From assembly GCA_012520655.1 (NCBI GenBank), contig JAAYNW010000032.1:25899-89898 (forward strand): DNA of 64,000 bases, written 5' to 3'. The stretch comes from Clostridiales bacterium (lineage in GTDB: Bacteria > Bacillota > Clostridia > Lachnospirales > Lachnospiraceae). The notes beneath the pieces were generated by a model. That model worked only from the letters and a program-made list of their open reading frames with translations, ran no database searches and was not told the DNA's origin. A program made the translations under genes and the position numbers. Positions 9,014-17,897 of the stretch are shown here, piece after piece. Numbering within the stretch: position 1 is the first letter of the stretch; each line of letters begins with the position of its first letter.

Positions 9014-9919
9014 ATGATTACCGAGCAACAATATGTAATCCTTTCACTTGAGTTAAATATGTTTTTTGGACGCATTATGAAAGAACATTCATTATTCTTA
9101 GAGGCTGGATTTACTCCCGCAAACCCTGAATATTCAAAAGTTGCAGATCAATACAAGCAACAGTTCGAGGCTATTTTACATAATGCCTTAATTCTTGGAA
9201 ACGGCATTATTAGCACACTTGTAGCGACCAAGGGTGAAATCGTAACGGATTACACCCTTGGTAGTGAGCAAAAGACACAGTGCTTCACCGGCATTGTCAT
9301 CAACCAGGAAATTACGAGACTTGAAGAATCACTTTATGGCACTGAAGATCCCTTAATAACCCCTGTTTTGATACAGCGTGTGGGGAAGCTTAATGCTTCT
9401 GTCATACCAATGTTGGAAGGCCTTATCAATTTCAAAACGCGAATATTAAATAATGTTTTGTCATGCAGCATGTTTACAGTAAACTACCCTCTGCTCATTG
9501 AGCATATTATACGTGAAGCCAAATTGTATCTTAGCCATTTAATCACACTCGAAAATCGACAGAATCCGGAAGGAACAATTAAAGATACTGAGCTATTTTG
9601 GGATCAAATTATGATGGAACATGCATTATTTATCCGAGGGCTACTTGATCCATCCGAAAATGATCTTATAAATACAGCGAATAACTTTGCCAGAGAATAT
9701 TCTAATTTAATTCAAACAGCAAGAACAGCTACTGATATGACAATTGAAAGTATAACAGATACAACCTTGCAAAAAACCGAGAAGTACCGAGACTTCAAAG
9801 AGGCAGGAACAAAAGGAATTAATGAATGCGAAATACGCAGTATTATTCTACCCTTGTTGGCAGATCATGTGTTGCGTGAATCAAATCATTATATTCGCTT
9901 GCTTCGTCAATTCCCCTAA
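9014..9919 (+). CDS. DUF2935-like protein with duplicated helical domain
   Basis: Repeated motifs FFGRIMKEHSLFL / FWDQIMMEHALFI and EHIIRE / DHVLRE. AAGGAG SD. Confidence 0.8.
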   Translation: MITEQQYVILSLELNMFFGRIMKEHSLFLEAGFTPANPEYSKVADQYKQQFEAILHNALILGNGIISTLVATKGEIVTDYTLGSEQKTQCFTGIVINQEITRLEESLYGTEDPLITPVLIQRVGKLNASVIPMLEGLINFKTRILNNVLSCSMFTVNYPLLIEHIIREAKLYLSHLITLENRQNPEGTIKDTELFWDQIMMEHALFIRGLLDPSENDLINTANNFAREYSNLIQTARTATDMTIESITDTTLQKTEKYRDFKEAGTKGINECEIRSIILPLLADHVLRESNHYIRLLRQFP

Positions 9920-9954
9920 CATTCCTCTTAAATAGATATCTTTTAGTTGCTTAA

Positions 9955-9975
9955 GGGCAGTGAATATCACTGCCC
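9955..9975. terminator. Hairpin downstream of the DUF2935-like gene
   Basis: GGGCAGTGA-ATA-TCACTGCCC perfect inverted repeat; no clear U tract. Confidence 0.5.
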
Positions 9976-10235
9976 CAAATGTTACTTTTATTTAATGATT
10001 CTATTGGGGGTCCTTATAGACAATGCAAAGGCGTAAAATTTATCCGTTTGTAGTGGTCAAGCATCCCATGCTTGAAGTGATGCTATATACCATTTACCAG
10101 CAAATATTTTTTTGCTAATCCATGCTTTACATTATTCATATTGTGCTCTCCCTTTTACATATTTATATGATAATCTATATTATCATATTTTCGTACCACT
10201 ATAAGCCTAGATTTAAATACTATTACAATTGGTTG

Positions 10236-10394
10236 TTAATTATCTTTATCTGTTTTATACTCAAATTCTATCGTATCTCCTACTTGAATGTCATCAGTAA
10301 ACCACCTGCGCGCAATATCAATAATAGACCCTTTATCGTTATCTATTGAGCATGTTACTATTCTGTTTTCGATTCTGATTATTGTTAGATTCAT
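10236..10394 (-). CDS. Unannotated 52-aa protein with weak DUF3006-like pattern
   Basis: GGAG SD. Translation MNLTIIRIENRIVTCSIDNDKGSIIDIARRWFTDDIQVGDTIEFEYKTDKDN. Confidence 0.55.
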   Translation of the reverse strand: MNLTIIRIENRIVTCSIDNDKGSIIDIARRWFTDDIQVGDTIEFEYKTDKDN

Positions 10395-10423
10395 TTGTAT
10401 TATACTCTCCTCGTTCCAAAAAT

Positions 10424-10449
10424 AAAAAACCTTGATATAATCAAGGTTT
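10424..10449 (-). terminator. Terminator downstream of the tRNA pair
   Basis: AAACCTTGAT-ATA-ATCAAGGTTT inverted repeat with a T tract on the minus strand. Confidence 0.65.
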
Positions 10450-10456
10450 CCATTAG

Positions 10457-10530
10457 TAGCGAGAGGGGGATTCGAACCCTCGACACTACGGGTATGAACC
10501 GTATGCTCTAGCCAACTGAGCTATCTCGCC
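10457..10530 (-). tRNA. tRNA-Met (CAT), elongator type
   Basis: GGCGAGATAGCTCAGTTGGCTAGAGCATACGGTTCATACCCGTAGTGTCGAGGGTTCGAATCCCCCTCTCGCTA folds into a cloverleaf and closely resembles the firmicute elongator tRNA-Met. CCA is not encoded. Confidence 0.93.
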
Positions 10531-10538
10531 ATATAATA

Positions 10539-10611
10539 TGGGACCTATAGGGCTCGAACCTATGACCCTCTGCTTGTAAGGCAGATGCTCTCCCAGCTGA
10601 GCTAAGATCCC
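10539..10611 (-). tRNA. tRNA-Val (TAC)
   Basis: GGGATCTTAGCTCAGCTGGGAGAGCATCTGCCTTACAAGCAGAGGGTCATAGGTTCGAGCCCTATAGGTCCCA cloverleaf with TAC anticodon. Confidence 0.95.
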
Positions 10612-10646
10612 ACATTGCCAGGTTGCTTTCCGCAACCCGCTTTGCT

Positions 10647-10676
10647 AGTATACAATTATCTCCCCCTAATTGTCAA
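10647..10676 (-). promoter_or_regulatory. Sigma-A promoter of tRNA-Val/tRNA-Met
   Basis: TTGACA, 18 nt, TATACT. Confidence 0.65.
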
Positions 10677-10736
10677 GGGATTTTTTGAAACTTTTTATCA
10701 AATTATCAAAATTTATTTTTTAGTATACTATTACAA

Positions 10737-12503
10737 TTACATTCTCTCCGGAGCCTGGAAGCCGAGAACATCGATACATGTCTCAAGCACATCCCTGGTC
10801 AATACCAAAAGGGCGATGAAGCCTTCTTTCTTGACAGGATCCTCTTCAGTCAATATCTTTGTTTCATGATAAAAATGATTGAATGCATTTGCTAAGTCAT
10901 AAATATAAGCGCACACCTTATGAGGCGCAATCTCTTCATATGCGCTCTCCATCATGGCGTTGAAGCCCACAAGCTGCAGCATCAGGTTCTTCTCCGATTC
11001 TCCGGTAGCCTCTTGCAGCGTTACTTCCACCAAAGAACCTCCCATTTCCCTATACTTCGTCAGAATGGATTTGATACGTACGATGGTATATAAAATATAC
11101 GGGCCAGTGTCCCCTTCGAATGAAGTAAATCTGTCGATGTCAAAAATATAATCTTTTGAAGCCTGATTGGATAAATCGCCGTATTTTACCGCTGACAAGG
11201 CTACTACCCGGGCAGTTTCCCTCGCTTCTTTCTCCGGCACCAATCGATTCTCCGTAATCTTTTTATACATTTCTTCATTGATTTCCTCAAGCAGAGATTC
11301 CAGACGCATTACACCTCCTTCTCTCGTCTTAAAGGGCTTACCGTCCTTGCCGTTCATCGTGCCGAATCCCAGGAAAAATAGTTTCGTCTCCGGCTGTACT
11401 AACTTAGTCTTTCTTGCACAACGAAATACCTGCTCGAAATACAAATCCTGACGCTTATCTACCACATAAATAATTTCATCGGGATTTATCTGATTCATAC
11501 GCTCTTTAATAGTTGCAAGATCCGTAGTATTATACAAAGACGCGCCGTCGGATTTTAAAATCATACAGGGCGGAATTTCTTTCGTGTCCGATTCCTCCCT
11601 TACGTCTACAACTAAAGCTCCTTCGCTCACATAGGCATATCCCATTTCCTTCATATCTTCTACCATATGAGGAATTAAGTCATGCACATCGGATTCTCCT
11701 TTCCATAAGTCGAACTCTACATTCAAATTGCGGTAGTTCTTCTTAAGGTCTGCCACCGAAACGTTAATAATATGCTGCCATAGAGCACGATACCCTCTCA
11801 CCCCGCTCTGAAGTTTAAAAGTAGCGTCCATTGCTTTCGCCTTATAAGAAGCATCTTCTTTTGATTTACTGCTCGCCATAGGATAGATTTCTTCCAGTTC
11901 CGAAATGGTAAAAGGTGCTTCATGAGGATATTCCCCATCAAACTTATCATCAAAATATACTAAATCCGGATAGCGTTCCTGCAATTCGGTAATGATTAAT
12001 CCCATTTGCAAGCCCCAGTCGCCGAGGTGGATATCTCCGATTACTTCATGTCCCGCATATCTTGCAATCCGTTTTATGCTCTCTCCTATAATCGCAGAGC
12101 GAAGATGTCCTACATGAAGCGGTTTTGCTATATTGGGACCGCCGTAATCGATTATAATCTTCTTACCCCTTTTCGGCATGTCCAACCCGAATTTGGGAGA
12201 ATGCGCCATCTGATTCAAATAATCCTTCAAAAATTCCGACTTCAGCTTTAAGTTCAAAAAACCCGGATTTACCACACTTACTTCTTCGAATATTTTGCTG
12301 TTTTCAAGCTTCGCCGCCACTTCCTGCGCGATAACAAACGGTGCTTTTTTATACTGTTTCGCACCCGCCATTGCCCCGTTGCACTGGTACTCGCATAGAT
12401 CAGGACGGTTAGATATTGTGACCTTTCCTAGTTCTTCCGCATATCCTGCCGATAAAAAGGCTTTCTTCATCTCATCTGATATTATATCAAGAATTTTATT
12501 CAT
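10737..12503 (-). CDS. argS: Arginyl-tRNA synthetase
   Basis: DYGGPNIAKPLHVGHLRSAIIG, HLGDWG, KSDGASLY and FEGDTGPYILY motifs. Confidence 0.97.
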   Translation of the reverse strand: MNKILDIISDEMKKAFLSAGYAEELGKVTISNRPDLCEYQCNGAMAGAKQYKKAPFVIAQEVAAKLENSKIFEEVSVVNPGFLNLKLKSEFLKDYLNQMAHSPKFGLDMPKRGKKIIIDYGGPNIAKPLHVGHLRSAIIGESIKRIARYAGHEVIGDIHLGDWGLQMGLIITELQERYPDLVYFDDKFDGEYPHEAPFTISELEEIYPMASSKSKEDASYKAKAMDATFKLQSGVRGYRALWQHIINVSVADLKKNYRNLNVEFDLWKGESDVHDLIPHMVEDMKEMGYAYVSEGALVVDVREESDTKEIPPCMILKSDGASLYNTTDLATIKERMNQINPDEIIYVVDKRQDLYFEQVFRCARKTKLVQPETKLFFLGFGTMNGKDGKPFKTREGGVMRLESLLEEINEEMYKKITENRLVPEKEARETARVVALSAVKYGDLSNQASKDYIFDIDRFTSFEGDTGPYILYTIVRIKSILTKYREMGGSLVEVTLQEATGESEKNLMLQLVGFNAMMESAYEEIAPHKVCAYIYDLANAFNHFYHETKILTEEDPVKKEGFIALLVLTRDVLETCIDVLGFQAPERM

Positions 12504-12594
12504 TATTTTCTTCCTTCCTTAACCGGGTGAAGCCACCCCTCATCTCATTTATATATACTACCATCTCACTCTTATTTAATCAACGCTGCATTTT

Positions 12595-13260
12595 TCACCC
12601 TGATCTTTCTACCTTAGAATATATACAGCCGCAATAATTCTGCCTATATAGCTCAAATTGACCGGACAGCTCTATCGATCTCTTGTACCCGTCTCTCTTT
12701 TTAAAATCCGAGGGTAAAAAAGAAACCTCATATTCTTTTCCCATACGATCCCCGATTTCGTTTAATTTTTCCGCATTTTTCATCGGACTAATAGTAAGCG
12801 TTGTAGTAAAATAATCAAAGCTTCTCTGTGCGGCCACCTGCGCGGTCTTGCAAAGTCTTAATTCATAGCATCGCAAACACCTCTCGCCGCCTTCGGGACA
12901 TCTTTCCAAACCTTTTGCCATATGATAAAAACATTCCGGTTCATAATCTCCCTCTATTACTCCGATTTTACGCGCTTTAAAGGTGGAATGCATATTCTCA
13001 AACATTCCTGTCTCCACCTGCCTGTTATAAACCTTTATCAAACGCTTCTGTTCTTCCACTCTTCTTCGGTACTCCGCATCCTCAGTGATATTGGGATTAT
13101 AATAAAAAACAGTAATATCAAAATACTCCCGCAAATATTCCATAACGTAGCTGCTGCAAGGTGCGCAGCAGCTATGAAGTAGGAGCGTTTTTCTCTCGTT
13201 CTCTCCGTCTTTTTTTCGTTCTTCTATAATCTTATCCAATTCCTTTGCATAATTTTTCAT
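12595..13260 (-). CDS. queH: Epoxyqueuosine reductase QueH (DUF208)
   Basis: LLLHSCCAPCS, YYNPNI, GERCLRCYELRL, FTTTLTISP and YRQNYCGC motifs. Confidence 0.92.
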   Translation of the reverse strand: MKNYAKELDKIIEERKKDGENERKTLLLHSCCAPCSSYVMEYLREYFDITVFYYNPNITEDAEYRRRVEEQKRLIKVYNRQVETGMFENMHSTFKARKIGVIEGDYEPECFYHMAKGLERCPEGGERCLRCYELRLCKTAQVAAQRSFDYFTTTLTISPMKNAEKLNEIGDRMGKEYEVSFLPSDFKKRDGYKRSIELSGQFELYRQNYCGCIYSKVERSG

Positions 13261-13346
13261 ATTAATAACTATGCTCCTATCGATTTGCAGCAGTCCCTAA
13301 TCGTATCCGTTGCTCGATTCCCATATACGATGCGGTATATTGTATA

Positions 13347-16300
13347 TTAAAGTGCAGCAATGTCTACCAATGTCAGCTTTTCTTCTTTATTGACATGCTC
13401 CAGACTCGTCACAAGTGCCCTTGCTGTATCCAGCGATGTCAGGCAGTGAACACCTGTTTCAATAGCCGTTCTCCTTATGAGGAAACCGTCTCTGGATTTA
13501 TCCCGTCCCTGTGTGGGCGTATCGATAACGAGGTCTATCTTATGCCCTAAGATAAGATCCATAACAGTAGGTGATTCCTGCTGTATCTTATTTACCTTGC
13601 GGGCATTCACTCCCGCTTCCTTCAGCGCATTCGCCGTACTTCTTGTAGCATATATGGTATATCCGAGCTTCTCAAAGCGTTTTCCTATTTCAATCGCTTC
13701 CCCCTTGTCCGCATCCTTGACCGTAATAATCATCTGCCTGAATTTCGGCAGGTTGATGCCGGCACCGAGGAAGGCTTTATAAAGCGCCTCATTAAATGTT
13801 TTGGAAATACCCAGACATTCTCCCGTAGATTTCATCTCCGGCCCCAGACTAATCTCAGCACCGCGTATTTTCTCAAAAGAGAATACCGGCATCTTAATCG
13901 CCACATATTCTGCTTCTTTCTGCAATCCCGGTTCATAACCGAGCTCGCAAAGCGGCTTTCCCATAATAACTTCTGCTGCCAGATCCACAATAGGAATACC
14001 CGTTACCTTGCTGATATAAGGAACTGTACGGGAAGAACGGGGATTTACCTCGATCACGTACACGTCTTCGCCCACGACTATGAACTGTATGTTAATCAAA
14101 CCGATAACGTGCAGCGCTTTTGCAAGCCTTCTCGTATACTCCGCAATGGTTTCTTTTACTTTTTCGCTGATACTCTGTGCGGGATATACGGAAATACTGT
14201 CGCCGGAATGTACGCCTGCTCTTTCAATATGTTCCATGATTCCCGGAATCAGTATATCGGTACCGTCACATACCGCATCTACTTCGATTTCTTTTCCCTG
14301 CAAATATTTATCTACCAGAATCGGATGATCTTGCGCAATTCGGTTGATAATCTCCATGAATTCTTCCACTTCTTCATCGGAAATAGCAATCTGCATCCCT
14401 TGTCCGCCCAGCACATATGAGGGGCGTACCAGTACGGGGTAGCCTAATTTATTTGCCACCTTCTTCGCCTCTTTTGCTGTATATACCGTTCCGCCCGAAG
14501 GTCTCGGAATATCGCACTCCTCTAAAATCGCATCGAACAATTCCCTGTCTTCCGCCGCGTCCACGTTCTCCGCGCTCGTTCCCAGTATCGGAACTCCCAT
14601 CTTCATAAGGCTCTCCGTCAGCTTGATAGCCGTCTGCCCGCCAAACTGAACAACCGCTCCGTCCGGTTTTTCTATATTTACAACATTCTCCACATCTTCG
14701 GGAGTCAGCGGCTCGAAATAAAGCTTATCCGCAATGTCGAAATCGGTACTTACCGTCTCGGGATTATTATTGATGATAATTGTTTCATATCCGGCCTTTG
14801 AGAATGCCCATGTAGCATGTACGGAACAGTAGTCAAACTCAATTCCCTGTCCGATACGAATGGGACCCGAACCGAGTACAAGTACCTTCTTAGGCGGATT
14901 CGTCTCTACCACTTCGCTCTGGCTGCCGAAGCAGGAATAATAATAGGGCGTGCTTGCCGCAAATTCTGCCGCACAGGTATCCACCATCTTAAAGGCGGCG
15001 GTAATACCGTTGTCATAGCGCATTTTCTTAATGTCCTCTTCCGGTATTCCCGTCAGTCTGCTGATTACATTATCCGGATATTCAATACGCTTTGCTTCTT
15101 TTAATAAGTCCAAAGTGAGAGGACCTTTTTTCAGAGTCGCTTCCATCTCTACCAAAATAGCAATCTTGTCGATAAACCAATGGTCAATCATCGTTATGTC
15201 ATGAATTGTATCATAATCAATACCTTTTCTGATCGCTTCCGCAATCACATAGATCCTCTGGTCATCCACTACTTTCAGCCTATCCAGAAGTTCTTCCTTA
15301 GAAAGTTCCGTAAAATCGTAGCTCATTAGGCAATCCACATGCTGCTCCAGCGAGCGAATCGCTTTCATCAACGCGCCTTCAAAATTTGTACAGATGCTCA
15401 TAACCTCTCCGGTGGCCTTCATCTGCGTGGTCAATGCTCTCTTAGCAGTTATGAATTTGTCAAAAGGAAGGCGCGGAATCTTAACTACGCAGTAATCCAG
15501 CGTAGGTTCAAAGCTCGCATAGGTCTTCCCTGTAATCGCATTCTTTATTTCGTCCAAGGTATAGCCCAGTGCAATCTTTGCAGCCACCTTTGCAATCGGA
15601 TATCCTGTCGCTTTGGAAGCGAGCGCGGAGGAACGGCTTACACGGGGATTCACTTCGATAACACAATATTCGAAGCTCGTAGGATGAAGCGCAAACTGCA
15701 CATTACATCCTCCTGTAATCTCAAGCTCGTTAATAATATTGAGAGCTGAGCTTCGAAGCATCTGATATTCTTTATCCATCAAAGTCTGTGACGGCGCCAC
15801 TACGATACTGTCTCCGGTATGTACACCTACCGGATCGATATTCTCCATATTACATACGGTAATGCAGTTTCCCGCACTGTCGCGCATCACTTCGTATTCT
15901 ATTTCCTTCCATCCCGAAATACAACGCTCTACCAGAACCTGTCCCACACGGGAAAGGCGTAGGCCGTTTTCCAGAATCTCTTCCAGCTCTACCTGATTGT
16001 CGGCAATACCGCCGCCTGAACCTCCGAGCGTGTATGCAGGGCGAAGAACGACGGGGTAACCAATTTTATTTGCAAACTCCACGCCGTCTTTCACATTTTC
16101 CACTACGAGAGAAGCCGCACACGGCTCTCCGATTTTTTCCATTGTTTCCTTGAATTCCAAGCGATCTTCCGCTTTTTTTATCGTCTTTGCGGTGGTACCG
16201 AGAAGTGTCACGCTATTTCTCGCAAGAAAGCCGGATTCGTCCAGCTCCATACCGAGATTTAAGCCCGCCTGCCCTCCGAGCGTAGGTAAAACACTGTCCG

Positions 16301-16547
16301 GTTTTTCTTTTTCAATAATCTGCTCCAGAACCTTAACCGTCAAAGGCTCAATATATATCTTATCCGCTATATCTCTATCCGTCATAATGGTGGCAGGATT
16401 GGAATTTACAAGCACAACTTCGATTCCTTCTTCCTTCAAAGAACGACAAGCCTGTGTTCCCGCATAATCAAACTCCGCCGCCTGTCCGATGACGATAGGC
16501 CCGGAACCAATTACCAATACTTTTTTCACATTAGGATTCTTAGGCAT
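13347..16547 (-). CDS. carB: Carbamoyl-phosphate synthase large subunit
   Basis: GSGPIVIGQAAEFDYAG, duplicated ATP-grasp halves and a C-terminal MGS domain; 1066 aa. Confidence 0.98.
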   Translation of the reverse strand: MPKNPNVKKVLVIGSGPIVIGQAAEFDYAGTQACRSLKEEGIEVVLVNSNPATIMTDRDIADKIYIEPLTVKVLEQIIEKEKPDSVLPTLGGQAGLNLGMELDESGFLARNSVTLLGTTAKTIKKAEDRLEFKETMEKIGEPCAASLVVENVKDGVEFANKIGYPVVLRPAYTLGGSGGGIADNQVELEEILENGLRLSRVGQVLVERCISGWKEIEYEVMRDSAGNCITVCNMENIDPVGVHTGDSIVVAPSQTLMDKEYQMLRSSALNIINELEITGGCNVQFALHPTSFEYCVIEVNPRVSRSSALASKATGYPIAKVAAKIALGYTLDEIKNAITGKTYASFEPTLDYCVVKIPRLPFDKFITAKRALTTQMKATGEVMSICTNFEGALMKAIRSLEQHVDCLMSYDFTELSKEELLDRLKVVDDQRIYVIAEAIRKGIDYDTIHDITMIDHWFIDKIAILVEMEATLKKGPLTLDLLKEAKRIEYPDNVISRLTGIPEEDIKKMRYDNGITAAFKMVDTCAAEFAASTPYYYSCFGSQSEVVETNPPKKVLVLGSGPIRIGQGIEFDYCSVHATWAFSKAGYETIIINNNPETVSTDFDIADKLYFEPLTPEDVENVVNIEKPDGAVVQFGGQTAIKLTESLMKMGVPILGTSAENVDAAEDRELFDAILEECDIPRPSGGTVYTAKEAKKVANKLGYPVLVRPSYVLGGQGMQIAISDEEVEEFMEIINRIAQDHPILVDKYLQGKEIEVDAVCDGTDILIPGIMEHIERAGVHSGDSISVYPAQSISEKVKETIAEYTRRLAKALHVIGLINIQFIVVGEDVYVIEVNPRSSRTVPYISKVTGIPIVDLAAEVIMGKPLCELGYEPGLQKEAEYVAIKMPVFSFEKIRGAEISLGPEMKSTGECLGISKTFNEALYKAFLGAGINLPKFRQMIITVKDADKGEAIEIGKRFEKLGYTIYATRSTANALKEAGVNARKVNKIQQESPTVMDLILGHKIDLVIDTPTQGRDKSRDGFLIRRTAIETGVHCLTSLDTARALVTSLEHVNKEEKLTLVDIAAL

Positions 16548-17760
16548 CTTTTTCCCTCGCTTTCATCATATCAATAAATCTGTCAAACAAATATCCGGAA
16601 TCCTGAGGTCCCGGACATGCTTCCGGATGAAACTGCACGGTGAAAATATTTTTGCCTGTATAAGAAAGACCTTCGTTCGTTCCATCGTTCACATTGATAA
16701 ACGCCGGTGTGGCAATCTTAGAATCCAGTTTTTCCATATCTACAACATAGCCGTGATTCTGAGAAGAAATATAGACTCTGCCGGTCTGCAAATCCTTTAC
16801 CGGATGATTTCCTCCACGGTGTCCGTACTTCATCTTGAAAGTATCGGCACCCGTTGCGAGCGCCATGAGCTGATGGCCTAAACAGATTGCAAAGATAGGA
16901 ATGTCTGTATGATATAACTTCTTTATTTCTTCTATAATAGATGTGCATTCTTTCGGATCTCCCGGTCCGTTGCTTAGCATAATGCCGTCCGGTGCATCCT
17001 CAATGATCTCCTCCGCTTTCGTAAGCGCCGGATACACGATAACATCACATCCTCGCTTAACAAGAGAATCCGCAATGTTATCCTTGGCGCCGAAGTCGAG
17101 AAGCGCTACTTTTTTGCCCGCTCCATTCAATGCTTTTACAAGACCGGGTTTCTTTTCATGTATCCCCTTTTGATATGCTTCTTTATTAAATCTGGCGCTG
17201 CCTGAAATTGCGCCGTTTTCTTCCAAAGACTTAGATCCCTTTATTTCATATTTATGTTCACAGGTTACTTTTTCCACTACTTTTCCCGTAGTGTATTTTT
17301 TTAATCTGGGAATGATTTCATCCAAATCATAGCCATCTCGCGTCGTAATCATACCGTTCATAGTGCCTTTTTCACGCAGAATCTTTGTGAGAGCTCTCGT
17401 ATCGATTCCCGAGATTCCCGGCACCCCGTACTCCTCCAGGAATTCCTGAATTGTCATATCAGAACGGAAATTGCTGGATACTCTCGACAATTCTCGCACA
17501 ATAAATCCATCGGGCCACGGTTTCTTAGATTCCATATCATCTCTGCATACCCCGTAGTTTCCGATAAGCGGATATGTCATACATACAGCTTGTCCTGCAT
17601 AGGACGGATCCGTAAGTACTTCCGGATAACCTGCCATAGACGTATTGAATACAATTTCGCTGATGATTTCTTTTTCGGCACCAATATGGATTCCTTCAAA
17701 AACAGTGCCGTCCTCCAAAATTAAAAATGACTTCATTGGAATTTCGCTCATTTTTTTCAC
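16540..17760 (-). CDS. carA: Carbamoyl-phosphate synthase small subunit
   Basis: LSNGPGDP, AICLGHQL, SQNHGY and QFHPEACPGP. The start could also be a downstream ATG (17751 or 17736). Confidence 0.97.
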   Translation of the reverse strand: MKKMSEIPMKSFLILEDGTVFEGIHIGAEKEIISEIVFNTSMAGYPEVLTDPSYAGQAVCMTYPLIGNYGVCRDDMESKKPWPDGFIVRELSRVSSNFRSDMTIQEFLEEYGVPGISGIDTRALTKILREKGTMNGMITTRDGYDLDEIIPRLKKYTTGKVVEKVTCEHKYEIKGSKSLEENGAISGSARFNKEAYQKGIHEKKPGLVKALNGAGKKVALLDFGAKDNIADSLVKRGCDVIVYPALTKAEEIIEDAPDGIMLSNGPGDPKECTSIIEEIKKLYHTDIPIFAICLGHQLMALATGADTFKMKYGHRGGNHPVKDLQTGRVYISSQNHGYVVDMEKLDSKIATPAFINVNDGTNEGLSYTGKNIFTVQFHPEACPGPQDSGYLFDRFIDMMKAREKDA

Positions 17761-17797
17761 CCGTCGTCCTCTCTCATAATTTTATCCAAATTATCTT

Positions 17798-17826
17798 ATT
17801 TTAGCACAACATCTTGTATGTTTCAA
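17798..17826 (-). promoter_or_regulatory. carAB promoter with an NrdR-box-like operator in the spacer
   Basis: TTGAAA (17821-17826), 17 nt, TG-C-TAAAAT (17798-17803). The plus-strand spacer reads GCACAACATCTTGTATG. Confidence 0.7.
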
Positions 17827-17897
17827 CTATATTTTCACTACAATTGCTCACTGATTGCTTGCAGCCTATACATCACCTTTCCAACATATATAAAACC

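Noticed and set aside
10083-10139. 18-aa minus-strand ORF MNNVKHGLAKKYLLVNGI with a GGGAGAG SD and an A7 run
   Set aside because: It is too short, and shifting frame at the A run extends it by only about 10 codons before another stop. It may be a gene remnant, but nothing supports programmed frameshifting.
10122-10349. 75-aa hydrophobic plus-strand ORF
   Set aside because: It is an AT-rich I/Y/F artefact with no SD, and it overlaps a better-supported minus-strand ORF (10236-10394).
6000-10530. Possible integrative element at tRNA-Met
   Set aside because: I found no integrase, transposase or phage gene, and no direct repeat of the tRNA 3' end at the far side, so it is reported only as an islet.
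12504-12594. Expected T-box upstream of argS
   Set aside because: The intergenic region is only about 90 bp, with no TGGNACC motif or terminator.
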